The notes under the pieces are model-generated. The model did not search any database and had not been told where the DNA came from. It saw only the letters and a program-made list of their open reading frames with translations. A DNA stretch of 64,000 nucleotides, taken from Escherichia coli. Lineage in GTDB: Bacteria; Pseudomonadota; Gammaproteobacteria; Enterobacterales; Enterobacteriaceae. Position 1 is the first letter of the stretch; each line of letters starts with the position of its first letter. Location: the NCBI RefSeq assembly GCF_003018255.1, contig NZ_CP027440.1; one strand, given 5' to 3'. A program made the translations under genes and the position numbers. Of this stretch, positions 22,857 through 34,219 are shown piece by piece.

Positions 22857-23648
22857 ATGAGCAGTAACTTCAGACATCAACTATTGAGTCTGTCGTTACT
22901 GGTTGGTATAGCGGCCCCCTGGGCCGCTTTTGCTCAGGCACCAATCAGTAGTGTCGGCTCAGGCTCGGTCGAAGACCGCGTCACTCAACTTGAGCGTATT
23001 TCAAATGCTCACAGCCAGCTTTTAACCCAACTCCAGCAACAACTCTCTGATAATCAATCCGATATTGATTCCCTGCGCGGTCAGATTCAGGAAAATCAGT
23101 ATCAACTGAATCAGGTCGTGGAGCGGCAAAAGCAGATCCTGTTGCAGATCGATAGCCTCAGCAGCGGTGGTGCAGCGGCGCAATCAACCAGCGGTGATCA
23201 AAGCGGTGCGGCGGCATCAACGACGCCGACAGCTGATGCTGGTACTGCGAATGCTGGCGCGCCGGTGAAAAGCGGCGATGCAAACACGGATTACAATGCA
23301 GCAATTGCGCTGGTGCAGGATAAATCCCGCCAGGATGAAGCAATAGTGGCATTTCAGAATTTCATCAAAAATTACCCTGATTCAACTTACCTGCCAAACG
23401 CCAATTATTGGCTGGGTCAGTTAAACTACAACAAGGGTAAAAAAGATGATGCGGCGTATTATTTTGCTTCGGTAGTGAAAAACTATCCGAAGTCACCGAA
23501 GGCTGCAGATGCGATGTTTAAAGTCGGCGTCATCATGCAGGACAAAGGTGACACCGCAAAAGCGAAAGCCGTATACCAGCAGGTTATCAGTAAATACCCT
23601 GGTACTGATGGCGCTAAACAGGCGCAAAAACGTCTGAACGCGATGTAA
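22857..23648 (+). CDS. cpoB: cell division coordinator CpoB (YbgF)
   Basis: 263-aa ORF with signal peptide, coiled-coil and C-terminal TPR region. Confidence 0.93.
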   Translation: MSSNFRHQLLSLSLLVGIAAPWAAFAQAPISSVGSGSVEDRVTQLERISNAHSQLLTQLQQQLSDNQSDIDSLRGQIQENQYQLNQVVERQKQILLQIDSLSSGGAAAQSTSGDQSGAAASTTPTADAGTANAGAPVKSGDANTDYNAAIALVQDKSRQDEAIVAFQNFIKNYPDSTYLPNANYWLGQLNYNKGKKDDAAYYFASVVKNYPKSPKAADAMFKVGVIMQDKGDTAKAKAVYQQVISKYPGTDGAKQAQKRLNAM

Positions 23649-23812
23649 TGCATAACACACGACCAGAAGTCGCATTATTTCTGGTCGTGTCGTGCGAATC
23701 ATAAGCAGTTGAGTGATCTGCATCGAAATTTTTGTTGCGCTCAAGTCTGAAATCAGTAATATATGCCGCCGTTGCCACGGGATATCAAACAAACCGAAAG
23801 CAACGAAAAAGT

Positions 23813-23888
23813 GGGTCGTTAGCTCAGTTGGTAGAGCAGTTGACTTTTAATCAATTGGTCGCAGGTTCGAATCCTGCACGACCCACCA
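23813..23888 (+). tRNA. lysT: tRNA-Lys (UUU)
   Basis: 76-nt gggtcgttagctcagttggtagagcagttgacttttaatc...cccacca; anticodon loop cttttaa; symbol assigned by position in the cluster. Confidence 0.92.
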
Positions 23889-24023
23889 ATCGCTAAGGTG
23901 GAAGCGGTAGTAAAACGTGAAGGATAACGTTGCGTCAGCAACGGCCCGAAGGGCGAGACGAAGTCGAGTCATCCTGCACGACCCACCACTAACCTAGTTA
24001 GTTGTAGTATCCAGCGTAGTATC

Positions 24024-24099
24024 GGGTGATTAGCTCAGCTGGGAGAGCACCTCCCTTACAAGGAGGGGGTCGGCGGTTCGATCCCGTCATCACCCACCA
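24024..24099 (+). tRNA. valT: tRNA-Val (UAC)
   Basis: 76-nt gggtgattagctcagctgggagagcacctcccttacaagg...cacccacca; anticodon TAC. Confidence 0.92.
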
Positions 24100-24101
24100 C
24101 C

Positions 24102-24177
24102 GGGTCGTTAGCTCAGTTGGTAGAGCAGTTGACTTTTAATCAATTGGTCGCAGGTTCGAATCCTGCACGACCCACCA
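24102..24177 (+). tRNA. lysW: tRNA-Lys (UUU)
   Basis: Identical to the lysT sequence, 2 nt after valT. Confidence 0.92.
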
Positions 24178-24228
24178 CTAATTACGGTGGGTTCGGTGGA
24201 AGTAGTTTGTAGTATTCAGCGCAGTATC

Positions 24229-24304
24229 GGGTGATTAGCTCAGCTGGGAGAGCACCTCCCTTACAAGGAGGGGGTCGGCGGTTCGATCCCGTCATCACCC
24301 ACCA
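24229..24304 (+). tRNA. valZ: tRNA-Val (UAC)
   Basis: Identical to the valT sequence. Confidence 0.92.
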
Positions 24305-24307
24305 CTC

Positions 24308-24383
24308 GGGTCGTTAGCTCAGTTGGTAGAGCAGTTGACTTTTAATCAATTGGTCGCAGGTTCGAATCCTGCACGACCCACCA
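24308..24383 (+). tRNA. lysY: tRNA-Lys (UUU)
   Basis: Identical tRNA-Lys copy. Confidence 0.92.
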
Positions 24384-24529
24384 GTTTTAACATCAAACTC
24401 AGATGTTAAGCGTGAAGGATAACGTTGCGCCAGCAACGGCCCGTAGGGCGAGCGAAGCGAGTCATCCTGCACGACCCACCAATTTTAAAGATTGGTTCCG
24501 AGTAGAAATCTTTCAGGTAACACCCGTAT

Positions 24530-24605
24530 GGGTCGTTAGCTCAGTTGGTAGAGCAGTTGACTTTTAATCAATTGGTCGCAGGTTCGAATCCTGCACGACC
24601 CACCA
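24530..24605 (+). tRNA. lysZ: tRNA-Lys (UUU)
   Basis: Identical tRNA-Lys copy. Confidence 0.92.
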
Positions 24606-24638
24606 TCCTGAATGATTAAAGCAGCATAATCCCGCAAG

Positions 24639-24714
24639 GGGTCGTTAGCTCAGTTGGTAGAGCAGTTGACTTTTAATCAATTGGTCGCAGGTTCGAATCC
24701 TGCACGACCCACCA
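24639..24714 (+). tRNA. lysQ: tRNA-Lys (UUU)
   Basis: Identical tRNA-Lys copy, last gene of the cluster. Confidence 0.92.
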
Positions 24715-25066
24715 ATGTAAAAAAGCGCCCTAAAGGCGCTTTTTTGCTATCTGCGATACTCAAAGATTCGAACCTGCAGCAGGTTCGAGTTGAGCGCAGC
24801 GAAACAACGGAGCCGCTCGCGGCGACGGCCCGTAGGGCGAGCGAAGCGAGTTATCCTGCACGACCCACCAATGTAAAAAAGCGCCCTAAAGGCGCTTTTT
24901 TGCTATCTGCGATACTCAAAGATTCGAACCTGCAGCAGGTTCGAGTTGAGCGCAGCGAAATAACGGAGCCGCTCGCGGCGACGGCCCGTAGGGCGAGCGA
25001 AGCGAGTCATCCTGCACGACCCACCAATGTAAAAAAGCGCCCTAAAGGCGCTTTTTTGCTATTCAG
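24715..25066 (+). repeat. 156-bp direct tandem repeat (2 full units plus a partial), each with an intrinsic terminator and a tRNA-Lys 3'-end-like segment
   Basis: Units 24715-24870 and 24871-25026 nearly identical; each has hairpin aaaaaagcgccctaaaggcgcttttttgc and ends in atcctgcacgacccacca; partial third unit to about 25066. Confidence 0.85.
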
Positions 25067-25183
25067 GCATCCTCAATTTCACTTTGTAACCTGATGACAT
25101 CTTCAGAGCTTACTTTGCAAGCAACTCTACGTCGGTGGAATTAGGCGTAATTCGAGTGACTTTTCCCCACCATTCGACTATCT

Positions 25184-25201
25184 TGTTTAGCATATAAAAC
25201 A
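25184..25201 (+). promoter_or_regulatory. NadR operator (NAD box) in the nadA promoter
   Basis: TGTTTA-GCATAT-AAAACA palindrome about 70 bp upstream of nadA. Confidence 0.65.
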
Positions 25202-25273
25202 AATTTCACCGATAACAGCGAATATTACGCTCATGTCGGTTTTAACGTTAAGCCTGTAAAACGAGATGGTAAG

Positions 25274-26317
25274 ATGAGCGTGATGTTTGATCCAGACACG
25301 GCGATTTATCCTTTTCCCCCGAAGCCGACGCCGTTAAGCATTGATGAAAAAGCGTATTACCGCGAGAAGATAAAACGTCTGCTAAAAGAACGTAATGCGG
25401 TGATGGTTGCCCACTACTATACCGATCCCGAAATTCAACAACTGGCAGAAGAAACCGGTGGCTGTATTTCTGATTCTCTGGAAATGGCGCGCTTCGGTGC
25501 AAAGCATCCCGCTTCTACGTTGTTAGTCGCTGGGGTGAGATTTATGGGAGAAACCGCCAAAATTCTCAGTCCGGAAAAAACAATTCTGATGCCGACACTT
25601 CAGGCTGAATGTTCACTGGATCTCGGCTGCTCTGTTGAAGAATTTAACGCATTTTGCGATGCCCATCCCGATCGTACTGTCGTCGTCTACGCCAACACTT
25701 CTGCTGCGGTAAAAGCGCGCGCAGATTGGGTGGTAACTTCAAGCATTGCCGTCGAACTTATTGATCATCTGGATAGTTTGGGTGAAAAAATCATCTGGGC
25801 ACCCGACAAACATCTGGGGCGTTACGTGCAAAAACAGACGGGCGCAGACATATTATGCTGGCAGGGTGCCTGCATTGTGCATGATGAGTTTAAGACTCAG
25901 GCGTTAACCCGCTTGCAAGAAGAATACCCGGATGCTGCCATACTGGTGCATCCAGAATCACCGCAAGCTATTGTAGAGATGGCGGATGCGGTCGGTTCCA
26001 CCAGTCAACTGATCGCTGCTGCGAAAACATTGCCACATCAGAGGCTTATTGTGGCAACCGATCGGGGTATTTTCTACAAAATGCAGCAGGCGGTGCCAGT
26101 TAAAGAGTTACTGGAAGCACCAACCGCAGGTGAGGGTGCAACCTGCCGCAGCTGCGCGCATTGTCCGTGGATGGCCATGAATGGCCTTCAGGCCATCGCA
26201 GAGGCATTAGAACAGGAAGGAAGCAATCACGAGGTTCATGTTGATGAAAGGCTGCGAGAGAGGGCGCTGGTGCCGCTCAATCGTATGCTGGATTTTGCGG
26301 CTACACTACGTGGATAA
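25274..26317 (+). CDS. nadA: quinolinate synthase A
   Basis: 347-aa [24 protein letters not shown]. Confidence 0.95.
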   Translation: MSVMFDPDTAIYPFPPKPTPLSIDEKAYYREKIKRLLKERNAVMVAHYYTDPEIQQLAEETGGCISDSLEMARFGAKHPASTLLVAGVRFMGETAKILSPEKTILMPTLQAECSLDLGCSVEEFNAFCDAHPDRTVVVYANTSAAVKARADWVVTSSIAVELIDHLDSLGEKIIWAPDKHLGRYVQKQTGADILCWQGACIVHDEFKTQALTRLQEEYPDAAILVHPESPQAIVEMADAVGSTSQLIAAAKTLPHQRLIVATDRGIFYKMQQAVPVKELLEAPTAGEGATCRSCAHCPWMAMNGLQAIAEALEQEGSNHEVHVDERLRERALVPLNRMLDFAATLRG

Positions 26318-26354
26318 CGAATAATAAGGCGTAACGTTACGCTTTGGGGGAAAG

Positions 26355-27074
26355 ATGGATTTTTTTAGTGTGCAGAATATCCTGGTACATATACCAATAG
26401 GTGCAGGCGGTTATGATCTCTCATGGATCGAAGCGGTAGGCACGATCGCCGGGTTGCTGTGTATTGGCCTTGCCAGTCTGGAGAAGATCAGCAACTACTT
26501 CTTTGGCCTGATCAACGTCACCTTGTTTGGCATTATTTTCTTTCAGATTCAGCTGTATGCCAGCCTGCTATTACAGATGTTTTTCTTTGCCGCGAATATT
26601 TACGGCTGGTATGCGTGGTCGCGACAAACCAGTCAGAACGAGGCGGAGTTGAAAATTCGCTGGTTGCCATTGCCGAAGGCGCTAAGCTGGTTGGCGGTTT
26701 GCGTTGTTTCGATTGGTCTGATGACGGTATTTATCAATCCGGTGTTTGCATTTTTGACCCGCGTGGCAGTCATGATCATGCAAGCATTAGGATTACAGGT
26801 TGCGATGCCTGAACTACAGCCGGACGCTTTCCCGTTCTGGGATTCATGCATGATGGTGTTATCTATCGTGGCAATGATTCTGATGACGCGTAAGTATGTG
26901 GAAAACTGGCTGTTGTGGGTGATTATTAACGTGATTAGCGTCGTTATTTTTGCACTTCAGGGCGTTTACGCCATGTCTCTGGAGTACATCATCCTGACCT
27001 TTATTGCCCTCAACGGCAGCCGGATGTGGATCAACAGCGCACGCGAAAGAGGTTCACGCGCGCTGTCCCATTAA
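26355..27074 (+). CDS. pnuC: nicotinamide riboside/NMN transporter PnuC
   Basis: 239-aa polytopic membrane protein downstream of nadA. Confidence 0.94.
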   Translation: MDFFSVQNILVHIPIGAGGYDLSWIEAVGTIAGLLCIGLASLEKISNYFFGLINVTLFGIIFFQIQLYASLLLQMFFFAANIYGWYAWSRQTSQNEAELKIRWLPLPKALSWLAVCVVSIGLMTVFINPVFAFLTRVAVMIMQALGLQVAMPELQPDAFPFWDSCMMVLSIVAMILMTRKYVENWLLWVIINVISVVIFALQGVYAMSLEYIILTFIALNGSRMWINSARERGSRALSH

Positions 27075-28012
27075 TGGTGATGATGTGAATGGCCAGACAC
27101 CCCTTCATTCAGGTGGCAGTCTGGCCCATGACAAGGTTGATATTCCATCTGAATAGTGGCGTGCTCAATCTGATAGTGATCCATCAGGTAGTGTTGGATC
27201 TGATCTAACAAGGCATCGTGATCGTGTGGCGGGATCACCTGCACATGCAGCGTCATCACCGGCTTCTCGCCTACCATCCATACATGCACATGGTGCACAT
27301 TGCGGACTTCCGGGATTTCCCGGCACATACGACGCTTCAGTTCGGCGATATCCAGCGATACCGGTGCACCTTCAAGTAATTCATTCACGCTATCTTTCAA
27401 CAGTCGCCACGCGCTACGCAGAACCAGAAGCGACACCAGTATTGAGAGAATGGGGTCAGCAGGTGTCCAGCCGGTCCAGATAATAATCAACGCGGCAATA
27501 ATAGCCCCAACCGAACCCAGCAGGTCCCCGAGCACATGCAGTGCCGCTGCTCGCACGTTGAGGTTTTTCTCTTCGCTGCCGTGATGAAGTAACCAGAAAG
27601 AAAGTATATTTGCCAGCAGCCCAGCCACGGCAATTGCCATCATCATGCCGCCCTCGACCGGACGCGGAGTGCGGAAGCGTTCTATCGCCTCCCAGACAAT
27701 CAAAATAGTAATCACCACCAGGGCGATGGCATTCACAAACGCCGCGAGCGTGGTCAATCTTAGCCAACCGAAAGTGTGGCGAATGGTGGGAGGACGACGG
27801 GAAAATTGCACTGCGAGTAGGGCGAAAAGCAGGGCGGCAGTATCGGTCAACATATGACCCGCATCGGCCAGCAATGCCAGAGAACCGGAAAGAAAACCAC
27901 CAATGACTTCTACGAGCATAAACCCGGCAGTCACGCCGAAAGCATACAACAAGCGACGAGCATTATTATCTTCTGGCAGGTGTGAGGAAGTGTGTGAGTG
28001 TGAGTGCGCCAT
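27071..28012 (-). CDS. zitB: cation diffusion facilitator Zn(II) efflux transporter
   Basis: 313-aa ORF with His-rich N-terminus ([11 protein letters not shown]), CDF-family membrane domain and His-rich C-terminus; 3' end overlaps pnuC by 4 nt. Confidence 0.94.
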   Translation of the reverse strand: MAHSHSHTSSHLPEDNNARRLLYAFGVTAGFMLVEVIGGFLSGSLALLADAGHMLTDTAALLFALLAVQFSRRPPTIRHTFGWLRLTTLAAFVNAIALVVITILIVWEAIERFRTPRPVEGGMMMAIAVAGLLANILSFWLLHHGSEEKNLNVRAAALHVLGDLLGSVGAIIAALIIIWTGWTPADPILSILVSLLVLRSAWRLLKDSVNELLEGAPVSLDIAELKRRMCREIPEVRNVHHVHVWMVGEKPVMTLHVQVIPPHDHDALLDQIQHYLMDHYQIEHATIQMEYQPCHGPDCHLNEGVSGHSHHHH

Positions 28013-28126
28013 GACGAGTCATCCCTTAATTATTCTCACTTAACTTTATGACATCATACTGCTTTTAGAAGGGAAAAATTAAAAGGGAGAGACTCCGCTC
28101 TCCCATTATTGGCTATTTTCGCAGGG

Positions 28127-28507
28127 TTACTGCGTGGTACCGTCGGTTTTGGTATCGACATCATTGTTGATGCCATCACCGGTTTGGACTTTTTTATTGA
28201 TATCCGGGCAGCGACCATCTTTGCACATGGTGTTCTTGTGCTCTTCATCTTTGGTCATGCCGTCATTGTTCATTGAAGAACCATCCGGATGCAGCATTGT
28301 GCCGCCAGAACCGGTATTTACCCCGTTATTGTCGACGTTATTTGGCGCGACATTTTCACGGGCATCAGGGGCTACCTGGCCCGCATCAGCTGCGGCGTTT
28401 GCCTGGCCGTTATTGCTTTGCGCTCCGCTATCGGCAGCCAGTGCGGCACCGCTGGCAAGGCTTAGAGTGGCAGTCAAAAATAGTGTGGCCAGTTTTGTCA
28501 TTTTCAT
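28127..28507 (-). CDS. ybgS: secreted low-complexity protein YbgS
   Basis: 126-aa ORF with signal peptide [24 protein letters not shown] and Asn/Asp/Gly-rich mature region. Confidence 0.88.
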   Translation of the reverse strand: MKMTKLATLFLTATLSLASGAALAADSGAQSNNGQANAAADAGQVAPDARENVAPNNVDNNGVNTGSGGTMLHPDGSSMNNDGMTKDEEHKNTMCKDGRCPDINKKVQTGDGINNDVDTKTDGTTQ

Positions 28508-28734
28508 AGGATGCTCCTGTTATGGTCGTTATGTCGGATAACCTCTTCCAACAGTGCATTTGCAGGTGAATATAAGGCAATGGTTTAAGATTTCAGCCAG
28601 GCAAAGATACCCAGCAGAGAATCTTGAAATAATTAACAAACAAAGGAGTTACAGTTAGAAATTGTAGGAGAGATCTCGTTTTTCGCGACAATCTGGCGAT
28701 TTTCTTGCTAATTCCAGGATTAATCCGTTCATAG

Positions 28735-28752
28735 TGTAAAACCCCGTTTACA
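28735..28752 (+). promoter_or_regulatory. TyrR box in the aroG promoter
   Basis: TGTAAA-ACCCCG-TTTACA matches TGTAAA-N6-TTTACA, about 70 bp upstream of aroG. Confidence 0.65.
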
Positions 28753-28822
28753 CATTCTGACGGAAGATATAGATTGGAAGTATTGCATTCACTAAGATAA
28801 GTATGGCAACACTGGAACAGAC

Positions 28823-29875
28823 ATGAATTATCAGAACGACGATTTACGCATCAAAGAAATCAAAGAGTTACTTCCTCCAGTCGCATTGCTGGAAAAATTC
28901 CCCGCTACTGAAAATGCCGCGAATACGGTCGCCCATGCCCGAAAAGCGATCCATAAGATCCTGAAAGGTAATGATGATCGCCTGTTGGTGGTGATTGGTC
29001 CGTGCTCAATTCATGATCCTGTCGCGGCGAAAGAGTATGCCACTCGCTTGCTGACGCTGCGTGAAGAGCTGCAAGATGAGCTGGAAATCGTGATGCGCGT
29101 CTATTTTGAAAAGCCGCGTACCACGGTGGGCTGGAAAGGGCTGATTAACGATCCGCATATGGATAACAGCTTCCAGATCAACGACGGTCTGCGTATTGCC
29201 CGTAAATTGCTGCTTGATATTAACGACAGCGGTCTGCCAGCGGCGGGTGAATTCCTGGATATGATCACCCCACAATATCTCGCTGACCTGATGAGCTGGG
29301 GCGCAATTGGCGCACGTACCACCGAATCGCAGGTGCACCGCGAACTGGCATCAGGGCTTTCTTGTCCGGTCGGCTTCAAAAATGGCACCGACGGTACGAT
29401 TAAAGTGGCTATCGATGCCATTAATGCCGCCGGTGCGCCGCACTGCTTCCTGTCCGTAACGAAATGGGGGCATTCGGCGATTGTGAATACCAGCGGTAAC
29501 GGCGATTGCCATATCATTCTGCGCGGCGGTAAAGAGCCTAACTACAGCGCGAAGCACGTTGCTGAAGTGAAAGAAGGGCTGAACAAAGCAGGCCTGCCAG
29601 CACAGGTGATGATCGATTTCAGCCATGCTAACTCGTCAAAACAATTCAAAAAGCAGATGGATGTTTGTGCTGACGTTTGCCAGCAGATTGCCGGTGGCGA
29701 AAAGGCTATTATTGGCGTGATGGTGGAAAGCCATCTGGTGGAAGGCAATCAGAGCCTCGAGAGTGGGGAACCGCTGGCCTATGGTAAGAGCATCACCGAT
29801 GCCTGCATTGGCTGGGATGATACCGATGCTCTGTTACGTCAACTGGCGAATGCAGTAAAAGCGCGTCGCGGGTAA
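28823..29875 (+). CDS. aroG: DAHP synthase, Phe-sensitive
   Basis: 350-aa ORF MNYQNDDLRIKEIKELLPPVALLEKFPATE. Confidence 0.96.
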   Translation: MNYQNDDLRIKEIKELLPPVALLEKFPATENAANTVAHARKAIHKILKGNDDRLLVVIGPCSIHDPVAAKEYATRLLTLREELQDELEIVMRVYFEKPRTTVGWKGLINDPHMDNSFQINDGLRIARKLLLDINDSGLPAAGEFLDMITPQYLADLMSWGAIGARTTESQVHRELASGLSCPVGFKNGTDGTIKVAIDAINAAGAPHCFLSVTKWGHSAIVNTSGNGDCHIILRGGKEPNYSAKHVAEVKEGLNKAGLPAQVMIDFSHANSSKQFKKQMDVCADVCQQIAGGEKAIIGVMVESHLVEGNQSLESGEPLAYGKSITDACIGWDDTDALLRQLANAVKARRG

Positions 29876-29970
29876 TTTATAGTCGAATCGCCATGACTGT
29901 ACGTTTGCAGCCCTGATAAGACGCGCAGCGTAGCATCAGGCAATGTGCTCCATTGTTAGCAACGACAAAC

Positions 29971-30010
29971 AAAAAAGCCGACTCACTTGCAGTCGGCTTT
30001 CTCATTTTTA
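29971..30010. terminator. bidirectional intrinsic terminator between aroG and gpmA
   Basis: A-run, hairpin gccgact / agtcggc, T-run. Confidence 0.7.
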
Positions 30011-30022
30011 AGCGAATGACGT

Positions 30023-30775
30023 TTACTTCGCTTTACCCTGGTTCGCAACGGCCGCTGCTTTCGCCGCGATCTCGTCAGCATTACCCAGATAATAGCGTTT
30101 CAACGGTTTGAAATTCTCGTCGAACTCATACACCAGTGGCACACCAGTCGGGATATTCAGCTCAAGAATCTCTTCTTCGCTCATGTTATCAAGATATTTC
30201 ACCAGCGCACGTAACGAGTTACCGTGTGCAGCGATGATTACGCGCTCACCGCTCTTCATACGCGGCAGAATGGTTTCATTCCAGTAAGGGATCACGCGGT
30301 CAATGGTCAGCGCCAGGCTTTCCGTCAGTGGCAGTTCTTTCTCGCTCAGCTTCGCGTAACGTGGATCGTGACCCGGATAACGCTCATCATCTTTAGTCAG
30401 TTCCGGCGGAGTCACTGCAAAACCACGACGCCACTGTTTCACCTGCTCGTCGCCATACTTTTCAGCGGTTTCTGCTTTGTTCAGACCCTGCAACGCACCG
30501 TAGTGACGTTCGTTCAGTTTCCAGGATTTCTCAACGGGCAGCCATGCCTGATCCAGTTCGTCCAGCACATTCCACAGGGTATGGATAGCGCGTTTCAGCA
30601 CAGAGGTGTAAGCAAAGTCAAAGCTGTAACCTTCCTCTTTCAGCAGCTTACCTGCTGCTTTTGCTTCGCTTACGCCTTTCTCAGACAGATCCACGTCGTA
30701 CCAACCGGTGAAACGGTTTTCTTTGTTCCACTGACTTTCGCCATGACGAACCAGAACCAGCTTAGTTACAGCCAT
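30023..30775 (-). CDS. gpmA: 2,3-bisphosphoglycerate-dependent phosphoglycerate mutase
   Basis: [17 protein letters not shown] (RHGE catalytic motif), 250 aa; track ORF trimmed of 5 upstream codons. Confidence 0.95.
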
Positions 30776-30799
30776 ATACTTACTCCTCAAATCATCTTT

Positions 30800-30818
30800 T
30801 AATGATAATAATTCTCAT
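30800..30818. promoter_or_regulatory. Fur box in the gpmA promoter
   Basis: aatgataataattctcatt resembles the Fur consensus GATAATGATAATCATTATC. Confidence 0.55.
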
Positions 30819-30977
30819 TATATTGCCGTGACGAAGCAACAGCAATGCTTACGCATAACCATAGCGAAAATAGTGTCGCAGTGTAAGGTTGTTGTGAATA
30901 TTGAGTTGCAAATATGTCGGTGTTTGCTGGTGATTTGAACAATATGAAGATAAAGCCCTCATGACGAGGGCTTAACA

Positions 30978-32018
30978 TTACTGAGCAATAAACTGATATT
31001 CCGTCAGGCTGGAATACTCTTCGCCAGGACGCAGGAAACAGTCCGGTTGCGGCCATTCAGGGTGGTTCGGGCTGTCCGGCAGAAACTCGCTTTCCAACGC
31101 CAGCCCTTGCCAGTCGGTGTAAGGTTCGGTTCCCCGCGACGGTGTGCCGCCGAGGTAGTTGCCGGAGTAGAATTGCAGAGCCGGAGCGGTGGTGTAGACC
31201 TTCAGCTGCAATTTTTCATCTGCTGACCAGACATGCGCCGCCACTTTCTTGCCATCGCCTTTGGCCTGTAACAAGAACGCGTGATCGTAACCTTTCACTT
31301 TGCGCTGATCGTCGTCGGCAAGAAACTCACTGGCGATGATTTTGGCGCTGCGGAAATCAAAAGACGTTCCGGCGACAGATTTCAGGCCGTCGTGGGGAAT
31401 GCCGCCTTCATCAACCGGCAGATATTCGTCCGCCAGAATCTGCAACTTGTGATTGCGCACGTCAGACTGCTCGCCGTCAAGATTGAAATAGACGTGATTA
31501 GTCATATTCACCGGGCAAGGTTTATCAACTGTGGCGCGATAAGTAATAGAGATACGGTTATCGTCGGTCAGACGATATTGTACCGTCGCTCCGAGATTAC
31601 CCGGGAAGCCCTGATCGCCATCATCTGAACTCAGGGCAAACAGCACCTGACGATCGTTCTGGTTCACAATCTGCCAGCGACGTTTGTCGAACCCTTCCGG
31701 GCCGCCGTGCAGCTGGTTAACGCCCTGACTTGGTGAAAGCGTCACGGTTTCACCGTCAAAGGTATAACGGCTATTGGCGATACGGTTGGCATAACGACCA
31801 ATAGAGGCCCCCAGAAATGCGGCCTGATCCTGATAGCATTCCGGGCTGGCACAGCCGAGCAGCGCCTCGCGGACGCTGCCATCGGAAAACGGAATACGGG
31901 CGGAAAGTAAAGTCGCACCCCAGTCCATCAGCGTGACTACCATCCCTGCGTTGTTACGCAAAGTTAACAGTCGGTACGGCTGACCATCGGGTGCCAGTGC
32001 GGGAGTTTCGTTCAGCAC
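30978..32018 (-). CDS. galM: galactose mutarotase (aldose 1-epimerase)
   Basis: 346-aa [26 protein letters not shown]. Confidence 0.95.
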   Translation of the reverse strand: MLNETPALAPDGQPYRLLTLRNNAGMVVTLMDWGATLLSARIPFSDGSVREALLGCASPECYQDQAAFLGASIGRYANRIANSRYTFDGETVTLSPSQGVNQLHGGPEGFDKRRWQIVNQNDRQVLFALSSDDGDQGFPGNLGATVQYRLTDDNRISITYRATVDKPCPVNMTNHVYFNLDGEQSDVRNHKLQILADEYLPVDEGGIPHDGLKSVAGTSFDFRSAKIIASEFLADDDQRKVKGYDHAFLLQAKGDGKKVAAHVWSADEKLQLKVYTTAPALQFYSGNYLGGTPSRGTEPYTDWQGLALESEFLPDSPNHPEWPQPDCFLRPGEEYSSLTEYQFIAQ

Positions 32019-33160
32019 TGTCCTGCTCCTTGTGATGGTTTACAAACGTAAAAAGTCTCTTTAATACCTGTTTTTGCTTCATATTGTTCAGCGACAGCTT
32101 GCTGTACGGCAGGCACCAGCTCTTCCGGGATCAGCGCGACGATACAGCCGCCAAATCCGCCGCCGGTCATGCGTACGCCACCTTTGTCGCCAATCACAGC
32201 TTTGACGATTTCTACCAGAGTGTCAATTTGCGGCACGGTGATTTCGAAATCATCGCGCATAGAGGCATGAGACTCCGCCATCAACTCGCCCATACGTTTC
32301 AGGTCGCCTTGCTCCAGTGCGCTGGCAGCTTCAACGGTGCGGGCGTTTTCAGTCAGGATATGACGCACGCGTTTCGCCACGATTGGGTCCAGTTCATGCG
32401 CAACAGCGTTGAACTCTTCAATGGTGACATCGCGCAGCGCTGGCTGCTGGAAGAAACGCGCACCAGTTTCGCACTGTTCACGACGGGTGTTGTATTCGCT
32501 GCCAACCAGGGTACGTTTGAAGTTACTGTTAATGATGACGACAGCCACACCTTTCGGCATGGAAACTGCTTTAGTCCCCAGTGAGCGGCAGTCAATCAGC
32601 AAGGCATGATCTTTCTTGCCGAGTGCGGAAATTAGCTGATCCATGATCCCGCAGTTACAGCCAACAAACTGGTTTTCTGCTTCCTGACCGTTAAGCGCGA
32701 TTTGTGCGCCGTCCAGCGGCAAATGATAAAGCTGCTGCAATACGGTTCCGACCGCGACTTCCAGTGAAGCGGAAGAACTTAACCCGGCACCCTGCGGCAC
32801 ATTGCCGCTGATCACCATGTCCACGCCGCCGAAGCTGTTGTTACGCAGTTGCAGATGTTTCACCACGCCACGAACGTAGTTAGCCCATTGATAGTTTTCA
32901 TGCGCGACAATGGTCGCATCGAGGGAAAACTCGTCGAGCTGATTTTCATAATCGGCTGCCATCACGCGAACTTTACGGTCATCGCGTGGTGCACAACTGA
33001 TCACGGTTTGATAATCAATCGCGCAGGGCAGAACGAAACCGTCGTTGTAGTCGGTGTGTTCACCAATCAAATTCACGCGGCCAGGCGCCTGAATGGTGTG
33101 AGTGGCAGGGTAGCCAAATGCGTTGGCAAACAGAGATTGTGTTTTTTCTTTCAGACTCAT
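32012..33160 (-). CDS. galK: galactokinase
   Basis: 382-aa GHMP kinase [21 protein letters not shown]; overlaps galM start. Confidence 0.96.
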   Translation of the reverse strand: MSLKEKTQSLFANAFGYPATHTIQAPGRVNLIGEHTDYNDGFVLPCAIDYQTVISCAPRDDRKVRVMAADYENQLDEFSLDATIVAHENYQWANYVRGVVKHLQLRNNSFGGVDMVISGNVPQGAGLSSSASLEVAVGTVLQQLYHLPLDGAQIALNGQEAENQFVGCNCGIMDQLISALGKKDHALLIDCRSLGTKAVSMPKGVAVVIINSNFKRTLVGSEYNTRREQCETGARFFQQPALRDVTIEEFNAVAHELDPIVAKRVRHILTENARTVEAASALEQGDLKRMGELMAESHASMRDDFEITVPQIDTLVEIVKAVIGDKGGVRMTGGGFGGCIVALIPEELVPAVQQAVAEQYEAKTGIKETFYVCKPSQGAGQC

Positions 33161-33163
33161 TTC

Positions 33164-34210
33164 TTACACTCCGGATTCGCGAAAATGGATATCGCTGACT
33201 GCGCGCAAACGCTCTGCGGCCTGTTCTGCGGTCAGGTCTCGCTGGGTTTCTGCCAGCATTTCATAACCAACCATAAATTTACGTACGGTGGCAGAGCGCA
33301 ACAGAGGCGGATAAAAGTGCGCGTGCAGCTGCCAGTGTTGATTCTCTTCGCCATTAAATGGCGCGCCGTGCCAGCCCATAGAGTAGGGGAAGGAGCACTG
33401 GAAGAGGTTGTCATAACGACTGGTCAGCTTTTTCAACGCCAGTGCCAAATCGCTGCGCTGGGCGTCGGTCAAATCGGTGATCCGTAAAACGTGGGCTTTG
33501 GGCAGCAGTAGCGTTTCGAACGGCCAGGCAGCCCAGTAAGGTACAACGGCTAACCAGTGTTCGGTTTCGACAACGGTACGGCTACCGTCTGCCAGCTCGC
33601 GCTGAACATAATCCACCAGCATTGGCGATTTCTGTTCGGCGAAATATTCTTTTTGCAGACGGTCTTCGCGCTCAGCTTCGTTAGGCAGGAAGCTATTTGC
33701 CCAAATCTGTCCGTGCGGATGCGGGTTAGAGCAGCCCATCGCCGCGCCTTTGTTTTCAAAGACCTGCACCCATGGGTACGTTTTCCCCAGTTCTGCGGTT
33801 TGCTCCTGCCAGGTTTTGACGATTTCCGTCAATGCCGCAACGCTGAGTTCTGGCAACGTTTTGCTGTGATCCGGTGAAAAGCAGATCACCCGACTGGTGC
33901 CACGCGCGCTCTGGCAACGCATCAGCGGATCGTGACTTTCCGGCGCATCTGGTGTGTCAGACATCAAAGCCGCAAAGTCATTAGTGAAAACGTAAGTCCC
34001 GGTGTAATCGGGGTTTTTATCGCCTGTCACCCGCACATTACCTGCGCAGAGGAAGCAATCTGGATCATGAGCAGGTAACACCTGTTTGGCTGGCGTTTCC
34101 TGCGCCCCCTGCCAGGGGCGCTTAGCGCGGTGCGGTGAAACCAGAATCCATTGCCCGGTGAGCGGGTTGTAGCGGCGATGTGGATGATCAACGGGATTAA
34201 ATTGCGTCAT
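33164..34210 (-). CDS. galT: galactose-1-phosphate uridylyltransferase
   Basis: 348-aa ORF with HPHGQ active-site motif. Confidence 0.96.
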
Positions 34211-34219
34211 GGTCGTTCC

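Noticed and set aside
24715-25066. Possible CRISPR array
   Set aside because: Units are 156 bp, directly abutting with no unique spacers, contain terminator hairpins, and no cas genes are present.
24654-25094. 146-aa plus-strand ORF spanning lysQ and the tandem repeats
   Set aside because: It is read through a tRNA gene and repeat units that contain terminators; its repetitive translation mirrors the DNA repeat; artefact.
30776-30790. N-terminally extended versions of several track ORFs (gpmA, galE, modF, ybhA, ybhD, bioA, bioC, ybhK, moaA, moaC, moaD, ybhL, pal, glmS)
   Set aside because: The extensions run upstream of the start that matches the remembered protein N-terminus and often cross operators or promoters; the shorter starts were used.
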